Notes: generated from the letters alone by a model not told the origin. A DNA stretch of 64,000 nucleotides from an uncultured Eubacteriales bacterium (GCA_900539455.1 UQCD01000003.1:41485-105484); one strand, 5' to 3'; positions 10,507 through 22,270 are shown, counted from the stretch's first letter. A program made the numbers and translations.

Positions 10507-11019
10507 TTATAAATTGTTTTTGTTAATGAAGTGCATTTCGCCCTTCATATCCTGATCCTGCTTCATTACTCCTGTTATATTTCTCCTTCTGTCACTATCC
10601 ATTTCATCCTTTATTTGTCTTAAGGCACATCTATTGCAATATATTCCCTTGCTAATAGGGCTGTGGCAGATTCTGCATTTCTTTTGTTTTTTTACAGTAT
10701 CAAATCTGCCATCTTTTACAAAAAGATCAATTAGCCTTTTGGACACCTTTGTCCTTTCTGCAATTTCAACCATATTGTAATTTGTACCATATTCATCTAC
10801 AAAATCTCGTACTCTGCCATATTCATTTTTGAATACACTTTTACATCTGGGACATTTATAAACCCCGAGCCCTATATATTCGTAATCTTCACCACACAGA
10901 CATTTTTCTGGTTTTGTAAGCAGGGATTCCACTTCAATAAGCAGCTTTTCTACTTCCTTTTCCTTTGTCTGTTCTTCATGTCTTTTAGCGACACTCTTTT
11001 TGGCGTTGTCTTTCTCCAT
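10507..11019 (-). CDS. Zinc-ribbon protein, possibly TIGR03826 (YvyF-like, flagellar-region protein) family
   Basis: Three CxxC pairs (CPRCKS, CRICHS, CNRCAL) plus a central HTH-like segment (MVEIAERTKVSKRLIDLFVKDGR). The architecture resembles YvyF. No flagellar genes are in the window. Confidence 0.4.
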   Translation of the reverse strand: MEKDNAKKSVAKRHEEQTKEKEVEKLLIEVESLLTKPEKCLCGEDYEYIGLGVYKCPRCKSVFKNEYGRVRDFVDEYGTNYNMVEIAERTKVSKRLIDLFVKDGRFDTVKKQKKCRICHSPISKGIYCNRCALRQIKDEMDSDRRRNITGVMKQDQDMKGEMHFINKNNL

Positions 11020-11035
11020 ATATTATCTCCTCAGA

Positions 11036-11338
11036 TTATTCTGTAAAATCCAAGCACATTCTTACCTGCATAAAAGGTCTGACATTATTGTCTGCCACCT
11101 TAACATGCAATGGATTTGTACTATATGCTTTTAAGGCAGCTTCATCCACAAACTCTGAATCCAGCATTAAATCAGCATTTGATGAAGCAAGTCCATTTGT
11201 TACCACTTTAATTCTATTTAAGCCTTCGATTTTTCCATAAAGACCCTCTAAGCCTTCCTTTACACCAAGCTTTATCTTTTCCTTTTCCTCGGCAGATATT
11301 TCATCTTTGATTTTCCATAATATAATATGCCTAACCAT
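11036..11338 (-). CDS. Dabb-family stress-responsive A/B-barrel protein
   Basis: 100 aa; MVRHIILWKIKDE...LHVKV is typical of the Dabb domain. Confidence 0.75.
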   Translation of the reverse strand: MVRHIILWKIKDEISAEEKEKIKLGVKEGLEGLYGKIEGLNRIKVVTNGLASSNADLMLDSEFVDEAALKAYSTNPLHVKVADNNVRPFMQVRMCLDFTE

Positions 11339-11418
11339 ACGCTTCTCCTTTTTTTACATAATAATTAATTATATTTATATCGGCTGTTCTTTCATATAAT
11401 AACTATGCAGCCTTGTAT

Positions 11419-12189
11419 TTATCTTCTAAGAATATCAACAGTATGTGCAGCCGCACCTATTAACTCATATCTTTCACAGGTAGCCAGATGATATTCAATA
11501 AACAGCCTGTAGGCTTCATCATCCATTGCATTTAAGGTCTGTCTTAGATAATCTGCAGGTCCGTCTGCTGAAATAATAATTTCTCTTTCAAGTCCTGCTT
11601 CTTCGTTTAGCTTGTTTATATCCTCAATTCGTACATAATCGTACAAATCTTCTTTTGAGGATATTGTATGGAAATCCTTTGTTAATTTGTTGTTTTCCAT
11701 ACATTCTTTAATATTATTTTGCTTAAAGCCATATGTAATAACACTGTATTCATTCATTACATATGCAACTAAAATAATTCCACCCTTTTTTGTCACCCTT
11801 TTAGCCTCATTTAATGCCTTCAGTTTATCCTCATGGGAATAAAGGTGATACATTGGACCAAAAAGAAGTGTTAAATCAAAGCTTTCGTCCCCAAACCTTG
11901 ACAGCTTTGTAGCATTGCCCTGATATGCCTTTACACTACTGTTTTTCTTCTTAAGTATACCCAGATTATACTTAACCAATTCTACTGCTGTAACATCATA
12001 ACCTTCCTCGGCTAATGCAACAGAATATCTTCCTGTTCCAGCTCCTATATCTAGTATTTTAGGATTATTAAACTTTTCTAAATACTTATGTATATATTTC
12101 ATTGATGTAACAAACTCAACATATCCGTGTCTTCTGGTAAGTCGCTTATCCTCATTAAATTTGTTGTAATATAGCTCTAACTCTGTCAT
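11419..12189 (-). CDS. Class I SAM-dependent methyltransferase
   Basis: ILDIGAGTGRYSVALAEEGYDVTAVEL is the methyltransferase motif I with an acidic motif II. Confidence 0.8.
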   Translation of the reverse strand: MTELELYYNKFNEDKRLTRRHGYVEFVTSMKYIHKYLEKFNNPKILDIGAGTGRYSVALAEEGYDVTAVELVKYNLGILKKKNSSVKAYQGNATKLSRFGDESFDLTLLFGPMYHLYSHEDKLKALNEAKRVTKKGGIILVAYVMNEYSVITYGFKQNNIKECMENNKLTKDFHTISSKEDLYDYVRIEDINKLNEEAGLEREIIISADGPADYLRQTLNAMDDEAYRLFIEYHLATCERYELIGAAAHTVDILRR

Positions 12190-12191
12190 TA

Positions 12192-12443
12192 TTAGCCTTT
12201 AAGTCCTCTCGACTGTCTGTCCATATCTTCTACTACAATATCGTAAATTTCTCCAAGAGTTGAGCAATACTCTAATACCTTCCAAGGCTCATTGGTATGG
12301 AAGTGAATTTTAATAAGCTCCTCGTCACCTACTGCTAATAAGCAGTCGCCCTTAAAGTTTTCTGTAAAGTAATCGTTAATTGCATCCTCATCAAGATCTG
12401 TGCCTTCTATTAATAACTGTGTATCATATTTAAATTCTAACAT
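12192..12443 (-). CDS. Small 83-aa protein resembling only the C-terminal segment of DAK2-fusion/FakA (YloV) proteins. It is either a mini-domain protein or a gene remnant.
   Basis: DCLLAVGDEELIKIHFHTNEPWKVLEY...IVVEDMDRQ resembles the VVGDE..KVHVHTEDP...NM..Q motif at the extreme C-terminus of FakA/YloV. It is separated by 3 nt from the downstream methyltransferase gene. Confidence 0.4.
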   Translation of the reverse strand: MLEFKYDTQLLIEGTDLDEDAINDYFTENFKGDCLLAVGDEELIKIHFHTNEPWKVLEYCSTLGEIYDIVVEDMDRQSRGLKG

Positions 12444-12692
12444 AACTGTCTCCTTTTTGTTTAATCTGGTTTTATATTATTTCTACATTGCAGCTAATAT
12501 TGCTTATTAGCTATTAATAATGTAATTTCTCATAAAAAGTAGCAACCACACACATATTTTAACACTATTTATATTCTTTTTCTACATTAACTTATATCCC
12601 GAACCCATTTATTTTATATACCCAATATATTAAAGTTTAAGCCAAGCCTATTAAAATAAACAGCTTATATTTACTGATGTAATAATTGCCTA

Positions 12693-12729
12693 TATAAAAA
12701 GACTGTATAGTGTTCACCATACAGTCTTA
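12693..12729 (-). terminator. Rho-independent terminator of eno
   Basis: AGACTGTAT(12700-12708) / ATACAGTCT(12720-12728) form a hairpin followed, on the minus strand, by a TTTTT run (plus-strand AAAAA, 12695-12699). It lies ~30 nt downstream of the eno stop. Confidence 0.7.
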
Positions 12730-12756
12730 TACATATTATCTATTCAACCAAATATC

Positions 12757-14082
<1,326 letters not shown>

Positions 14083-14409
14083 TCAGTAATATGTTCTCCA
14101 GCCGGGAAGGATTTATTCCTTCCCAGCAAATAACAATACTTATTTTTTATGGAGACCAAGCGATTTACTTAACGAAAGTTAGTTTTAACTAACCATCCAT
14201 ATAGTAACATATCATAAAATATATTTCAATAGCTTAATTGATAACTATTATCATTTAAAAAATGATGTTAAATATTCTGCTGTTTGGATTAGTTCAAATA
14301 TATAATTATAATTTTTTACAATTCCCTAATTTATCTTGTAATATTGCAGAAAATTTGATACCTTATAAAATAAGTTGTAAATTTCAATGAAACATCAAGG
14401 AGAAAGAAA

Positions 14410-14991
14410 ATGAATTTTTTAGAAGAAAGAATTTTAAAGGACGGTATTGTTAAGGAGGGCAATGTATTAAAGGTGGACAGCTTTCTTAATCACCAGATGG
14501 ACATTAACTTATTTGAACAAATGGGTGCAGAATTTAAACACAGATTTGAAGGCAGGCCTATTAACAAAATACTTACTATAGAAGCCTCTGGCATTGGTAT
14601 TGCCTGTATAGTTGCAAAATATTTTAATGCACCTGTTGTTTTTGCAAAAAAATCAAAGAGCATTAATATAGAAGGTGAAATGTATATTGCTGAAGTTGAA
14701 TCCTTTACACATAAATGCAAAAATCAAGTAATTGTTTCTAAAAAATTCTTAGGTCCTGATGACCATGTACTTATTATTGATGATTTCCTTGCAAATGGTT
14801 GTGCCTTACAGGGACTTATTTCTATTGCTGCTTCTGCCGGTGCGACAGTTGAGGGTATTGGAATAGCAGTTGAAAAGGGCTTCCAGTCTGGTGGCAGAAT
14901 TATTAGAAATCTTGGCTACCATTTGGAGTCACTTGCTATAGTAGAGAGTATGGACGCTGCTAATGGGACTATTGAGTTTAGAAATAATTAA
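14410..14991 (+). CDS. xpt: Xanthine phosphoribosyltransferase
   Basis: A 193-aa type-I PRTase with the PRPP motif [11 protein letters not shown]. The N-terminus [22 protein letters not shown] is typical of Xpt. A GGAGAAAG RBS precedes the start. Confidence 0.85.
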   Translation: MNFLEERILKDGIVKEGNVLKVDSFLNHQMDINLFEQMGAEFKHRFEGRPINKILTIEASGIGIACIVAKYFNAPVVFAKKSKSINIEGEMYIAEVESFTHKCKNQVIVSKKFLGPDDHVLIIDDFLANGCALQGLISIAASAGATVEGIGIAVEKGFQSGGRIIRNLGYHLESLAIVESMDAANGTIEFRNN

Positions 14992-15016
14992 ATTTTATCT
15001 TAAAGGAATTTACATT

Positions 15017-16339
15017 ATGAAGAATAAATCTAAAAATCTAACAAGTAATTTATACCATATTGATGGTAAGATTTCTGTAGGTCAGGCTATTCCCTTTGGT
15101 CTACAGCACATATTGGCTATGTTTGTTGCAAATATAGCTCCTATTTCTATTGTAGCTGCTGCCAGTGGGCTTTCCTCTAAGGAACAGGCAATGCTTATTC
15201 AAAGTGCTATGATTATTGCCGGTATTGGTACTCTTATTCAGCTTTTCCCTATATGGAGAATTGGTTCAGGACTTCCTATTGTTATGGGCATTAGCTTTAC
15301 CTTTGTTTCTGTATTTTGCTACATTGGTCCTACCTATGGATACAACGCTATTGTAGGTGCTGTTTTAATAGGTGGTATTATTGAGGGAATACTGGGACTG
15401 TTTGCAAAATATTGGATTAAGCTTATTACTCCCGTTGTTGCAGCAAGTGTAGTAACAGCTATTGGTTTCTCACTTTTGTCAGTTGGTGCTTCATCCTTCG
15501 GTGGTGGCAGTGGCAGTGACAGCTTTGGTGCAAAAACACATTGGATTTTAGGTACAATTACTCTTCTTTGCTGTATTGTATTTAATATATTTGCTAAATC
15601 CTTCTGGAAACAGCTTTCTGTATTATTTGGACTTATTGTAGGCTATATTGTGGCAATATTTATGGGTGTAGTGGATTTATCTGCACTTAGCAACACCTCT
15701 ATTGTAGCCCTTCCGACTCTTGTTCCTTTTAAGCCTGAATTTAACATAAACGCCATTGTTTCAGTAACTCTTATCTTTCTTGTTTCAGCTACAGAAACTA
15801 TTGGTGACACCTCAGCTTTAACCTCTACCGGACTTGGCAGGGATGCTACTTTAAAGGAAACCTCCGGCTCTATAGCCTGCGACGGATTTATCAGCACACT
15901 TTCCTCTGTTTTTGGCTGTCTGCCTATTACCTCCTTTAGCCAGAATGTAGGCTTAGTTGCAATGACAAAGGTAGTAAACAAATTTGCTATTGCCGCAGGT
16001 GCTATAATAATGATTCTTGCTGGAATTTTCCCTATTTTCGGCTCGATTTTATCCACTCTTCCAGAAGCTGTGCTTGGTGGCTGTACTATTATGATGTTTG
16101 GAAATATTGTAATCAGCGGACTTCAAATGATGAGCAAATGTGGATATACACAAAGAAATATTACTATTGCTGCACTTTCACTTAGTATTGGTATTGGATT
16201 TACACAGGTTCCGGAAATATTTAATATTTTTCCAAAAATCATTCAGACAGTCTTTGCAGAAAACTGTGTTGCTGTAGTCTTTATTGTTTCAATCATTTTA
16301 AATCTTATACTTCCTAAAAATATGGAAGCAGATTCTTAA
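15017..16339 (+). CDS. pbuX: Xanthine/uracil permease (NCS2/NAT family)
   Basis: Contains the NCS2 motifs GLQHILAMF and TxxQNVG (ITSFSQNVGLVAMT). It lies immediately downstream of xpt. The internal ATG at 15017 is preferred because AAAGGAA lies 8 nt upstream; the maximal ORF would overlap the end of xpt. Confidence 0.85.
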   Translation: MKNKSKNLTSNLYHIDGKISVGQAIPFGLQHILAMFVANIAPISIVAAASGLSSKEQAMLIQSAMIIAGIGTLIQLFPIWRIGSGLPIVMGISFTFVSVFCYIGPTYGYNAIVGAVLIGGIIEGILGLFAKYWIKLITPVVAASVVTAIGFSLLSVGASSFGGGSGSDSFGAKTHWILGTITLLCCIVFNIFAKSFWKQLSVLFGLIVGYIVAIFMGVVDLSALSNTSIVALPTLVPFKPEFNINAIVSVTLIFLVSATETIGDTSALTSTGLGRDATLKETSGSIACDGFISTLSSVFGCLPITSFSQNVGLVAMTKVVNKFAIAAGAIIMILAGIFPIFGSILSTLPEAVLGGCTIMMFGNIVISGLQMMSKCGYTQRNITIAALSLSIGIGFTQVPEIFNIFPKIIQTVFAENCVAVVFIVSIILNLILPKNMEADS

Positions 16340-16364
16340 TGACATATAGCAGATTTGAGATGTT

Positions 16365-17060
16365 TTAAGGTAAAAAGCAGGAAAAAAATGACATTGCAAT
16401 TACGGTTCCAAGCCCTGCCACAACTATTGCAAGGCTGCTCATTGCTCCTTCTATTTCGCCCATTTCCATTGCTTTAGCTGTACCTACTGCGTGAGCGGCA
16501 GTTCCAATAGCAAGTCCTCTGGATATTGGACTTTTTATTCTGAACAGCTTACACATTCCCTCGGCTACCATATTTCCAAATACACCTGTAATAATAATTA
16601 CTGCAACAGATATTGAAACAATTCCTCCAAATTCCTCGGAAAGTCCCATACCTATTGCTGTAGTAATTGACTTTGGCAGCAGAGTTACATATTCCTCTTG
16701 ACTAAGATTAAATATAATTGCAATTATAAGCACTGAGGAAAGACTTGTAATTACACCTGAGGCTATTCCTATTATTATAGCTATTATATGCTTTTTTAAT
16801 AGTTCTATTTGTTGATATAAGGGAATTGCTAAAGCTACTGTTGCAGGAGTAAGTAAATAGCTAATATATTTAGCACTTTCATTATAGCTGTCATAATCTA
16901 TGCCTAGCACAGAAATAACTACTATAACAAGTACAATAGAGATAAGCAGTGGATTAAATATCGACATCTTGAATTTTTTCTTTAGCAGCACACCTACTCC
17001 ATATGCAGCCAGACTTATTACAACACCGACTGTAGCAGAATTAAGAATGATTTCGTTCAT
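16365..17060 (-). CDS. lrgB: LrgB-family membrane protein
   Basis: A 231-aa polytopic membrane protein overlapping the upstream lrgA-like gene by 20 nt. Composition and length are typical of LrgB. Confidence 0.75.
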   Translation of the reverse strand: MNEIILNSATVGVVISLAAYGVGVLLKKKFKMSIFNPLLISIVLVIVVISVLGIDYDSYNESAKYISYLLTPATVALAIPLYQQIELLKKHIIAIIIGIASGVITSLSSVLIIAIIFNLSQEEYVTLLPKSITTAIGMGLSEEFGGIVSISVAVIIITGVFGNMVAEGMCKLFRIKSPISRGLAIGTAAHAVGTAKAMEMGEIEGAMSSLAIVVAGLGTVIAMSFFSCFLP

Positions 17061-17412
17061 CTCTCTTCTCCTTTCGCGATACCATAAAATCTGTTACCTT
17101 TCCTGTAATTATCATAACCAGACAGGTAGTTATAAAAACAGTGACACAGACTGGTACTATCATGCCTCTTACCTGCTTCCAGGATACAATAATACCTACT
17201 CCTGCTGGTATAAACATAAGCGGCATTATTTCTATAAGAAAGTCTGCTACATCCTTTACCTGTTCTAATTTAACCACCTTTGTAGCAAGTAAAATTATCA
17301 TTATAACTAATCCATAAATACTTGCTGGAATTGGTAAAGGAATAAAGTATTTTAATATTTCACCTACACAGGTCACTGCAAAAATAATTGCCACTTGCTT
17401 TATGTATTTCAT
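17041..17412 (-). CDS. lrgA: CidA/LrgA-family holin-like membrane protein
   Basis: 123 aa with 4 TM segments; an AAGGAG RBS is present. It pairs with lrgB. Confidence 0.75.
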   Translation of the reverse strand: MKYIKQVAIIFAVTCVGEILKYFIPLPIPASIYGLVIMIILLATKVVKLEQVKDVADFLIEIMPLMFIPAGVGIIVSWKQVRGMIVPVCVTVFITTCLVMIITGKVTDFMVSRKEKRDERNHS

Positions 17413-17432
17413 GAAAACCAGCTCCTTTTCCT

Positions 17433-17477
17433 AAAAATAAAAGAGGCAATGTTTTAGCAATTCCGTTGCTAAAACAT
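17433..17477 (-). terminator. Rho-independent terminator after the sodium-symporter gene
   Basis: ATGTTTTAGCAA(17449-60) / TTGCTAAAACAT(17466-77) are 12-bp perfect arms followed, on the minus strand, by a T-run (plus-strand AAAAATAAAA, 17433-42). Confidence 0.6.
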
Positions 17478-17543
17478 AAGCCTCAACCTTTAACCGTAAT
17501 ATATTATATCACTATATTAAAATTTTTAAATAAATTTTTAGGG

Positions 17544-18941
17544 TTAAATTTTAATAAATCCAAGCACATTTGCTATTGAACTTATAAGCACAATTACCAA
17601 ACAGGCTATTGCAAAATATTTAAGAAATACAAAATACAATTTCTTTCTCTTAAACTTTGAAGAAATCTCCACTTCCTCTGCTATTTTGTTCATACCGACT
17701 ACACTAAGTATTAATACGCAGGTAGAAATAGCTGCTATTGGCATCATTATAGAGTTTGTAATAAAGTCAAGGAAGTCTAATATATCCATTCCCAAAAGCT
17801 TGATGTGGTCTAATACACCAAAGCCACAGGCAGATAATGTCCCTATAACTAAAATTATGCCGGCAACAATAAGTGTTGCCCATTTTCTTTTTATTTTAAA
17901 TTCATCATAAAATGTAGATACACAGGTTTCCAATAATGAAATTGCGCTTGTCATAGCTGCAATAAGCACCAATAAGAAAAACACAATTCCTACAATAGAA
18001 CCAAAGCCCATACTTTCAAAGGTCTTTGGCATTGTTACAAACATAAGTGATGGTCCTGACTTTAAAGTTTCCATATTTCCACCTGAGAATGAAAATACTG
18101 CCGGAATAATCATAAGTCCTGCTAATACTGCAATAGTCGTATCAAACACCTCTACCTGTGTTGTAGTTTTTTCTATATCTACATCTTTTTCTAAATATGA
18201 ACCATATGTATACAAAATACCCATAGCTAAGGATAGAGAGTAGAACATCTGTCCCATAGCTGCAACAATAGTCATTACTGAAAAGTTTTCAAGTCTGGGT
18301 ATAAGAAAATATTCTACACCAGCAAGTGCTCCTTTTCGGGTAACAGAATATATAGCTACTACGATTGCTAATACTAATAATATTGGCATTGTAATCTTTG
18401 ATATTTTCTCTATGCCCTTTTTTACACCTAACAATATTGTAAAAATAACAAAGGCAGAAAAGACAAGAAAGCATATTTCAACATCTGCTGAATTTGAAAT
18501 AAAGCCTGCAAAATATCCATCTGCAGACAGACTTGCAGAATTTCCTTTTATATACTCAACCAGATATTTTATTACCCAGCCACCTAAAACACAGTAATAA
18601 GGAACTATAAGTACAGGTACAATGGCATTTATCCAGCCACCAAACTTAAAGGGAAACTTCTTTCCGAAGGTTTTAAAAGCTCCAACGGGACTCTTCCCTG
18701 TCATCCTTCCTAATGCAGTTTCTGAAACAATAAGCACATATCCAAAAGTAACCATTAATATAAGATATGTGATAAGAAACATTCCCCCGCCATACTGTGC
18801 TGCAAGGTACGGAAACCTCCATATATTACCTAGTCCTACAGCAGAAGCTGCAACAGCCATTACATAACCAATTCTCCCAGAAAATTTTCCTCTCTCATGT
18901 CCCTTAACATTTTTGTGATTGTTATTATGTGTATTATTCAA
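17544..18941 (-). CDS. Sodium-dependent transporter, neurotransmitter:sodium symporter (SNF/NSS) family
   Basis: GLGNIWRFPYL is the NSS signature; the product has ~12 TM segments. Confidence 0.85.
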   Translation of the reverse strand: MNNTHNNNHKNVKGHERGKFSGRIGYVMAVAASAVGLGNIWRFPYLAAQYGGGMFLITYLILMVTFGYVLIVSETALGRMTGKSPVGAFKTFGKKFPFKFGGWINAIVPVLIVPYYCVLGGWVIKYLVEYIKGNSASLSADGYFAGFISNSADVEICFLVFSAFVIFTILLGVKKGIEKISKITMPILLVLAIVVAIYSVTRKGALAGVEYFLIPRLENFSVMTIVAAMGQMFYSLSLAMGILYTYGSYLEKDVDIEKTTTQVEVFDTTIAVLAGLMIIPAVFSFSGGNMETLKSGPSLMFVTMPKTFESMGFGSIVGIVFFLLVLIAAMTSAISLLETCVSTFYDEFKIKRKWATLIVAGIILVIGTLSACGFGVLDHIKLLGMDILDFLDFITNSIMMPIAAISTCVLILSVVGMNKIAEEVEISSKFKRKKLYFVFLKYFAIACLVIVLISSIANVLGFIKI

Positions 18942-18956
18942 GTTGTTTCCTCGCTT

Positions 18957-20033
18957 CTAGTTTTCATCGCCCATTTTTGCTAATTTTGCTGCCTGGTCTG
19001 CAGCAATACATCCATCAATAATTTCCTGAATATCACCATTCATTATCTTATCGAGTTTGTAAAGTGTAAGGCCTATTCTATGGTCAGTTACTCTTCCCTG
19101 TGGGAAATTGTAGGTTCTAATCTTTTCAGAGCGGTCACCTGTACCAATCTGGCTTCTTCTTGCATCAGCCTCAGCATCGTGTGCCTTTTGCATTTCTAAG
19201 TCATATAATTTTGCTCTTAATAATGCAAATGCTTTTTCTCTATTTTGAATTTGTGACTTTTCTGTCTGGCTGTAAATTACTATACCTGTTGGGTAATGTG
19301 TAAGTCTAACTGCTGAGTCAGTTGTATTTACGCACTGTCCACCATTACCAGATGCTCTCATAACATCAATTCTTATATCCTTCTCATCTATTTTTATATC
19401 CACCTCTTCAGCCTCTGGAATAACTGCAACTGTAGCTGTTGAAGTATGAATTCTGCCACCTGATTCAGTTTCAGGAACTCTTTGCACTCTGTGTACACCA
19501 CTTTCGTACTTCATAAGAGAGTATGCTCCCTTACCTTTAACCATAAATTCTACTTCCTTCATGCCACCGATACCTGTATCGTCAACATTAACTAATTCGA
19601 TTTTCCATTTCTGAGTTTCTGCATAGTGACTATACATACGGAATAATTCTGCTGCAAATAATGCTGCTTCATCGCCACCTGCACCTGCTCTGATTTCAAC
19701 AATAATGTTCTTGTCATCATTAGGGTCCTTAGGCAAAAGTAAAATTTTCATTTTATTTTCTAATTCTTCGATTCTTGTCTTGGCATTGTTTAACTCTTCC
19801 TTAGCAAGCTCTCTCATATCCTCATCACTTTCGTTATCAAGGATAGCTAAGGAATCTTCAACATCCTGCTTTGCCTGCTTGTATGCCTTATAAGCCTCTA
19901 CAATAGGTGTAAGGTCGTTTTGCTCCTTCATAAGCTTTTTAAATCTTTCCTGATCATTTACTACTGAAGGATCATTTAATTCTTTCATTATTTCATCATA
20001 TCTAACTAAAATATCTTCTAACTTGTCAAACAT
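18957..20033 (-). CDS. prfA: Peptide chain release factor 1
   Basis: PxT codon-recognition region and GGQ motif ([20 protein letters not shown]). The start is assigned to MFDKLEDIL (20033), preceded by GGAGGAAG; the longer ORF in the track begins with TTG. Confidence 0.9.
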   Translation of the reverse strand: MFDKLEDILVRYDEIMKELNDPSVVNDQERFKKLMKEQNDLTPIVEAYKAYKQAKQDVEDSLAILDNESDEDMRELAKEELNNAKTRIEELENKMKILLLPKDPNDDKNIIVEIRAGAGGDEAALFAAELFRMYSHYAETQKWKIELVNVDDTGIGGMKEVEFMVKGKGAYSLMKYESGVHRVQRVPETESGGRIHTSTATVAVIPEAEEVDIKIDEKDIRIDVMRASGNGGQCVNTTDSAVRLTHYPTGIVIYSQTEKSQIQNREKAFALLRAKLYDLEMQKAHDAEADARRSQIGTGDRSEKIRTYNFPQGRVTDHRIGLTLYKLDKIMNGDIQEIIDGCIAADQAAKLAKMGDEN

Positions 20034-20053
20034 TTCTATTTCTTCCTCCATTA

Positions 20054-20905
20054 TCAAGTATCAAGTCGTCCAAGTATAACTCGGTCCAGACCTGCTAAGT
20101 CCTTTATTGTTTCTATATCATCAAAACCATTTGCTTTCATAATGGTTCTAACTTCATCAGCCTGATCGCAGCCTATTTCATAAACAAGGTATCCCTTCTC
20201 CATTAAATGACTGGTTGCTGCAAAGGTAATTGCTCTATAAAACCTTAAACCATCCACACTGCCATCTAATGCCATAAATGGCTCATGGATTTTCACCTCG
20301 TCCATTAATCCTTCAATATCCTTCGTCTTAATATATGGTGGGTTTGAAACTATTATATTAAAGGCTTTTCCTTCTAATTTTTCAAACAAATCACTTTCAT
20401 AAAAGGAAATATCCGCATCTAAGGCTTTTGCATTTTTTCTTGCAACATCTAAAGCTTTTTTTGATAAATCTACTGCTGTTACAACAGAATTCCTGCATAA
20501 TTTTTTTAGTGAAATACCAATACAGCCTGAGCCCGTACACATATCAAGTATTTCTATGCTGCCAGCATCAATATTTTTGCATAAATCCAATGTTTTTTCA
20601 ACAAGAATTTCAGTATCCCACCTAGGTATAAGCACACTTTCATCTACATAAAACTTAAAGCCCATGAACTGCTGCTCGTTTGTTATATGCTGCAAAGGAA
20701 TGTGCTTTGCCCTAATATTGATTTTTTCAATATATTCCTTTATTTTTGCTTCATCATTTATATTTTCTGTGCCTTTCAGTAAAAAACAAGTTTTATCCAT
20801 TTTAAAAACATACTCCAGTAAATAAAAGGCATCTAACTTGTATTCTCCTATATTATTTACCTTTAGCAGGCTTTCTCCCTGACTAAGAAGCTCTCTATAT
20901 GTCAT
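20054..20905 (-). CDS. prmC: Release-factor glutamine N5-methyltransferase PrmC (HemK)
   Basis: NPPY motif (IIVSNPPYI) and SAM-binding motif ([11 protein letters not shown]). It lies immediately upstream of prfA. Confidence 0.85.
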   Translation of the reverse strand: MTYRELLSQGESLLKVNNIGEYKLDAFYLLEYVFKMDKTCFLLKGTENINDEAKIKEYIEKINIRAKHIPLQHITNEQQFMGFKFYVDESVLIPRWDTEILVEKTLDLCKNIDAGSIEILDMCTGSGCIGISLKKLCRNSVVTAVDLSKKALDVARKNAKALDADISFYESDLFEKLEGKAFNIIVSNPPYIKTKDIEGLMDEVKIHEPFMALDGSVDGLRFYRAITFAATSHLMEKGYLVYEIGCDQADEVRTIMKANGFDDIETIKDLAGLDRVILGRLDT

Positions 20906-20944
20906 TTCAACTACCTAAAAATTTCCTTAATTTAGTTAAAAGCT

Positions 20945-21976
20945 TTATCTTTCCTTAATTTCATCAATTTGAAAAATATCTACATCATCTTCTTCATTTG
21001 AATCTGTATCAGTATTCTTTGCAAAATCAGTCTTGTTTTCCTCAAGAAACTGCTTCCAGTCAAATACTGCCTCCACAGCCTTTATGCCTACCTCTATCAT
21101 CGAGTCGTCTGGCTCTTTAGTAGTGAATTTTTGCATCCACATACCCGGCTTGCTGATAATGTTTAAAAAAGCATTTTCATATTTTCCTGCTGCACGAAGT
21201 ATTTCATAGGATATTCCAGCTATGACAGGTACAAGTAATAATCTTACAATAACCTTTACAAAAACATTAACATCCTTTGGCATTATTGCTGATATAGCAA
21301 TGAAGCAGACAATACTTACAAACATTACAAAGAACAAGAAGCTTGTTCCACATCTTTTATGAATCCTTGAAGACATTCTCACATTTTCAACATTTAATTC
21401 AAAACCATTTTCAATACAGTTTATACATTTATGCTCTGCTCCATGATACATAAAGGTTCTTTGAATGTCCTTCATTTTAGATATTAAAACCATATATATT
21501 AAGAATATTAATATTCTAAGTACACCTTCAACTACTGCCAAAACTGTATTAGACCTAATATTCATAACATTCTTTAATAACTCTGAAATACCATATGGAA
21601 GCACAATAAACAGTAATACCGAAAAAAGCACTGATATACATACTGTAAGCCCCATAAGGAAGCTTTCTGCCTTCTCCTTAAAGATAGAACGAGTAACCTT
21701 ATCTACTGGTAAATCATTTGTTTCCTCCTCATCCTCGTAAAACTCTGCTGAATAGGTAAGAGTTTTAATACCTATTACCAAAGAATCTACAAAGCTAAAT
21801 ACACCTCTGATAAAAGGCATCCTGAATATCTTTAATCTTTTTGATGTATCCTTACAATTCTCCACATCCACCACAATTTCCTTATCAGGCTTTCTGACCG
21901 CAACAGAGTATTTGTCCTTGTTACGCATCATAATACCTTCTAAAACCGCTTGACCTCCAATACCTGATGGTTTCAT
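20945..21976 (-). CDS. DUF1385 (YqhQ-like) membrane protein
   Basis: The N-terminus MKPSGIGGQAVLEGIMMR is characteristic of DUF1385. It has several TM segments and an acidic C-terminal tail. Confidence 0.65.
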   Translation of the reverse strand: MKPSGIGGQAVLEGIMMRNKDKYSVAVRKPDKEIVVDVENCKDTSKRLKIFRMPFIRGVFSFVDSLVIGIKTLTYSAEFYEDEEETNDLPVDKVTRSIFKEKAESFLMGLTVCISVLFSVLLFIVLPYGISELLKNVMNIRSNTVLAVVEGVLRILIFLIYMVLISKMKDIQRTFMYHGAEHKCINCIENGFELNVENVRMSSRIHKRCGTSFLFFVMFVSIVCFIAISAIMPKDVNVFVKVIVRLLLVPVIAGISYEILRAAGKYENAFLNIISKPGMWMQKFTTKEPDDSMIEVGIKAVEAVFDWKQFLEENKTDFAKNTDTDSNEEDDVDIFQIDEIKER

Positions 21977-22063
21977 TTATATAACCTTCCTTTTGTATAT
22001 TATGTCAAATACTAAACAAAGGTTGAGAATAATATTCTCAACCTTTCATTTACAATAATCCTA

Positions 22064-22270
22064 TTAGTCTGCCTTAACACCATACTTACGGTTGAACTTA
22101 TCGATACGGCCACGAGCTGTTGTAGCCTTCTGCTGTCCTGTATAGAATGAATGGCACTTTGAACAAATTTCTACATGGATGTTTTCCTTTGTAGAACCTG
22201 TTACGAATGTGTTACCACAGTTACAATCAACTGTTGCCTGGTAATATGTTGGATGTATTCCTTGTTTCAT
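22064..22270 (-). CDS. rpmE: 50S ribosomal protein L31, zinc-binding form
   Basis: [10 protein letters not shown]...CNCGN...CSKCH; 68 aa. Confidence 0.9.
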   Translation of the reverse strand: MKQGIHPTYYQATVDCNCGNTFVTGSTKENIHVEICSKCHSFYTGQQKATTARGRIDKFNRKYGVKAD

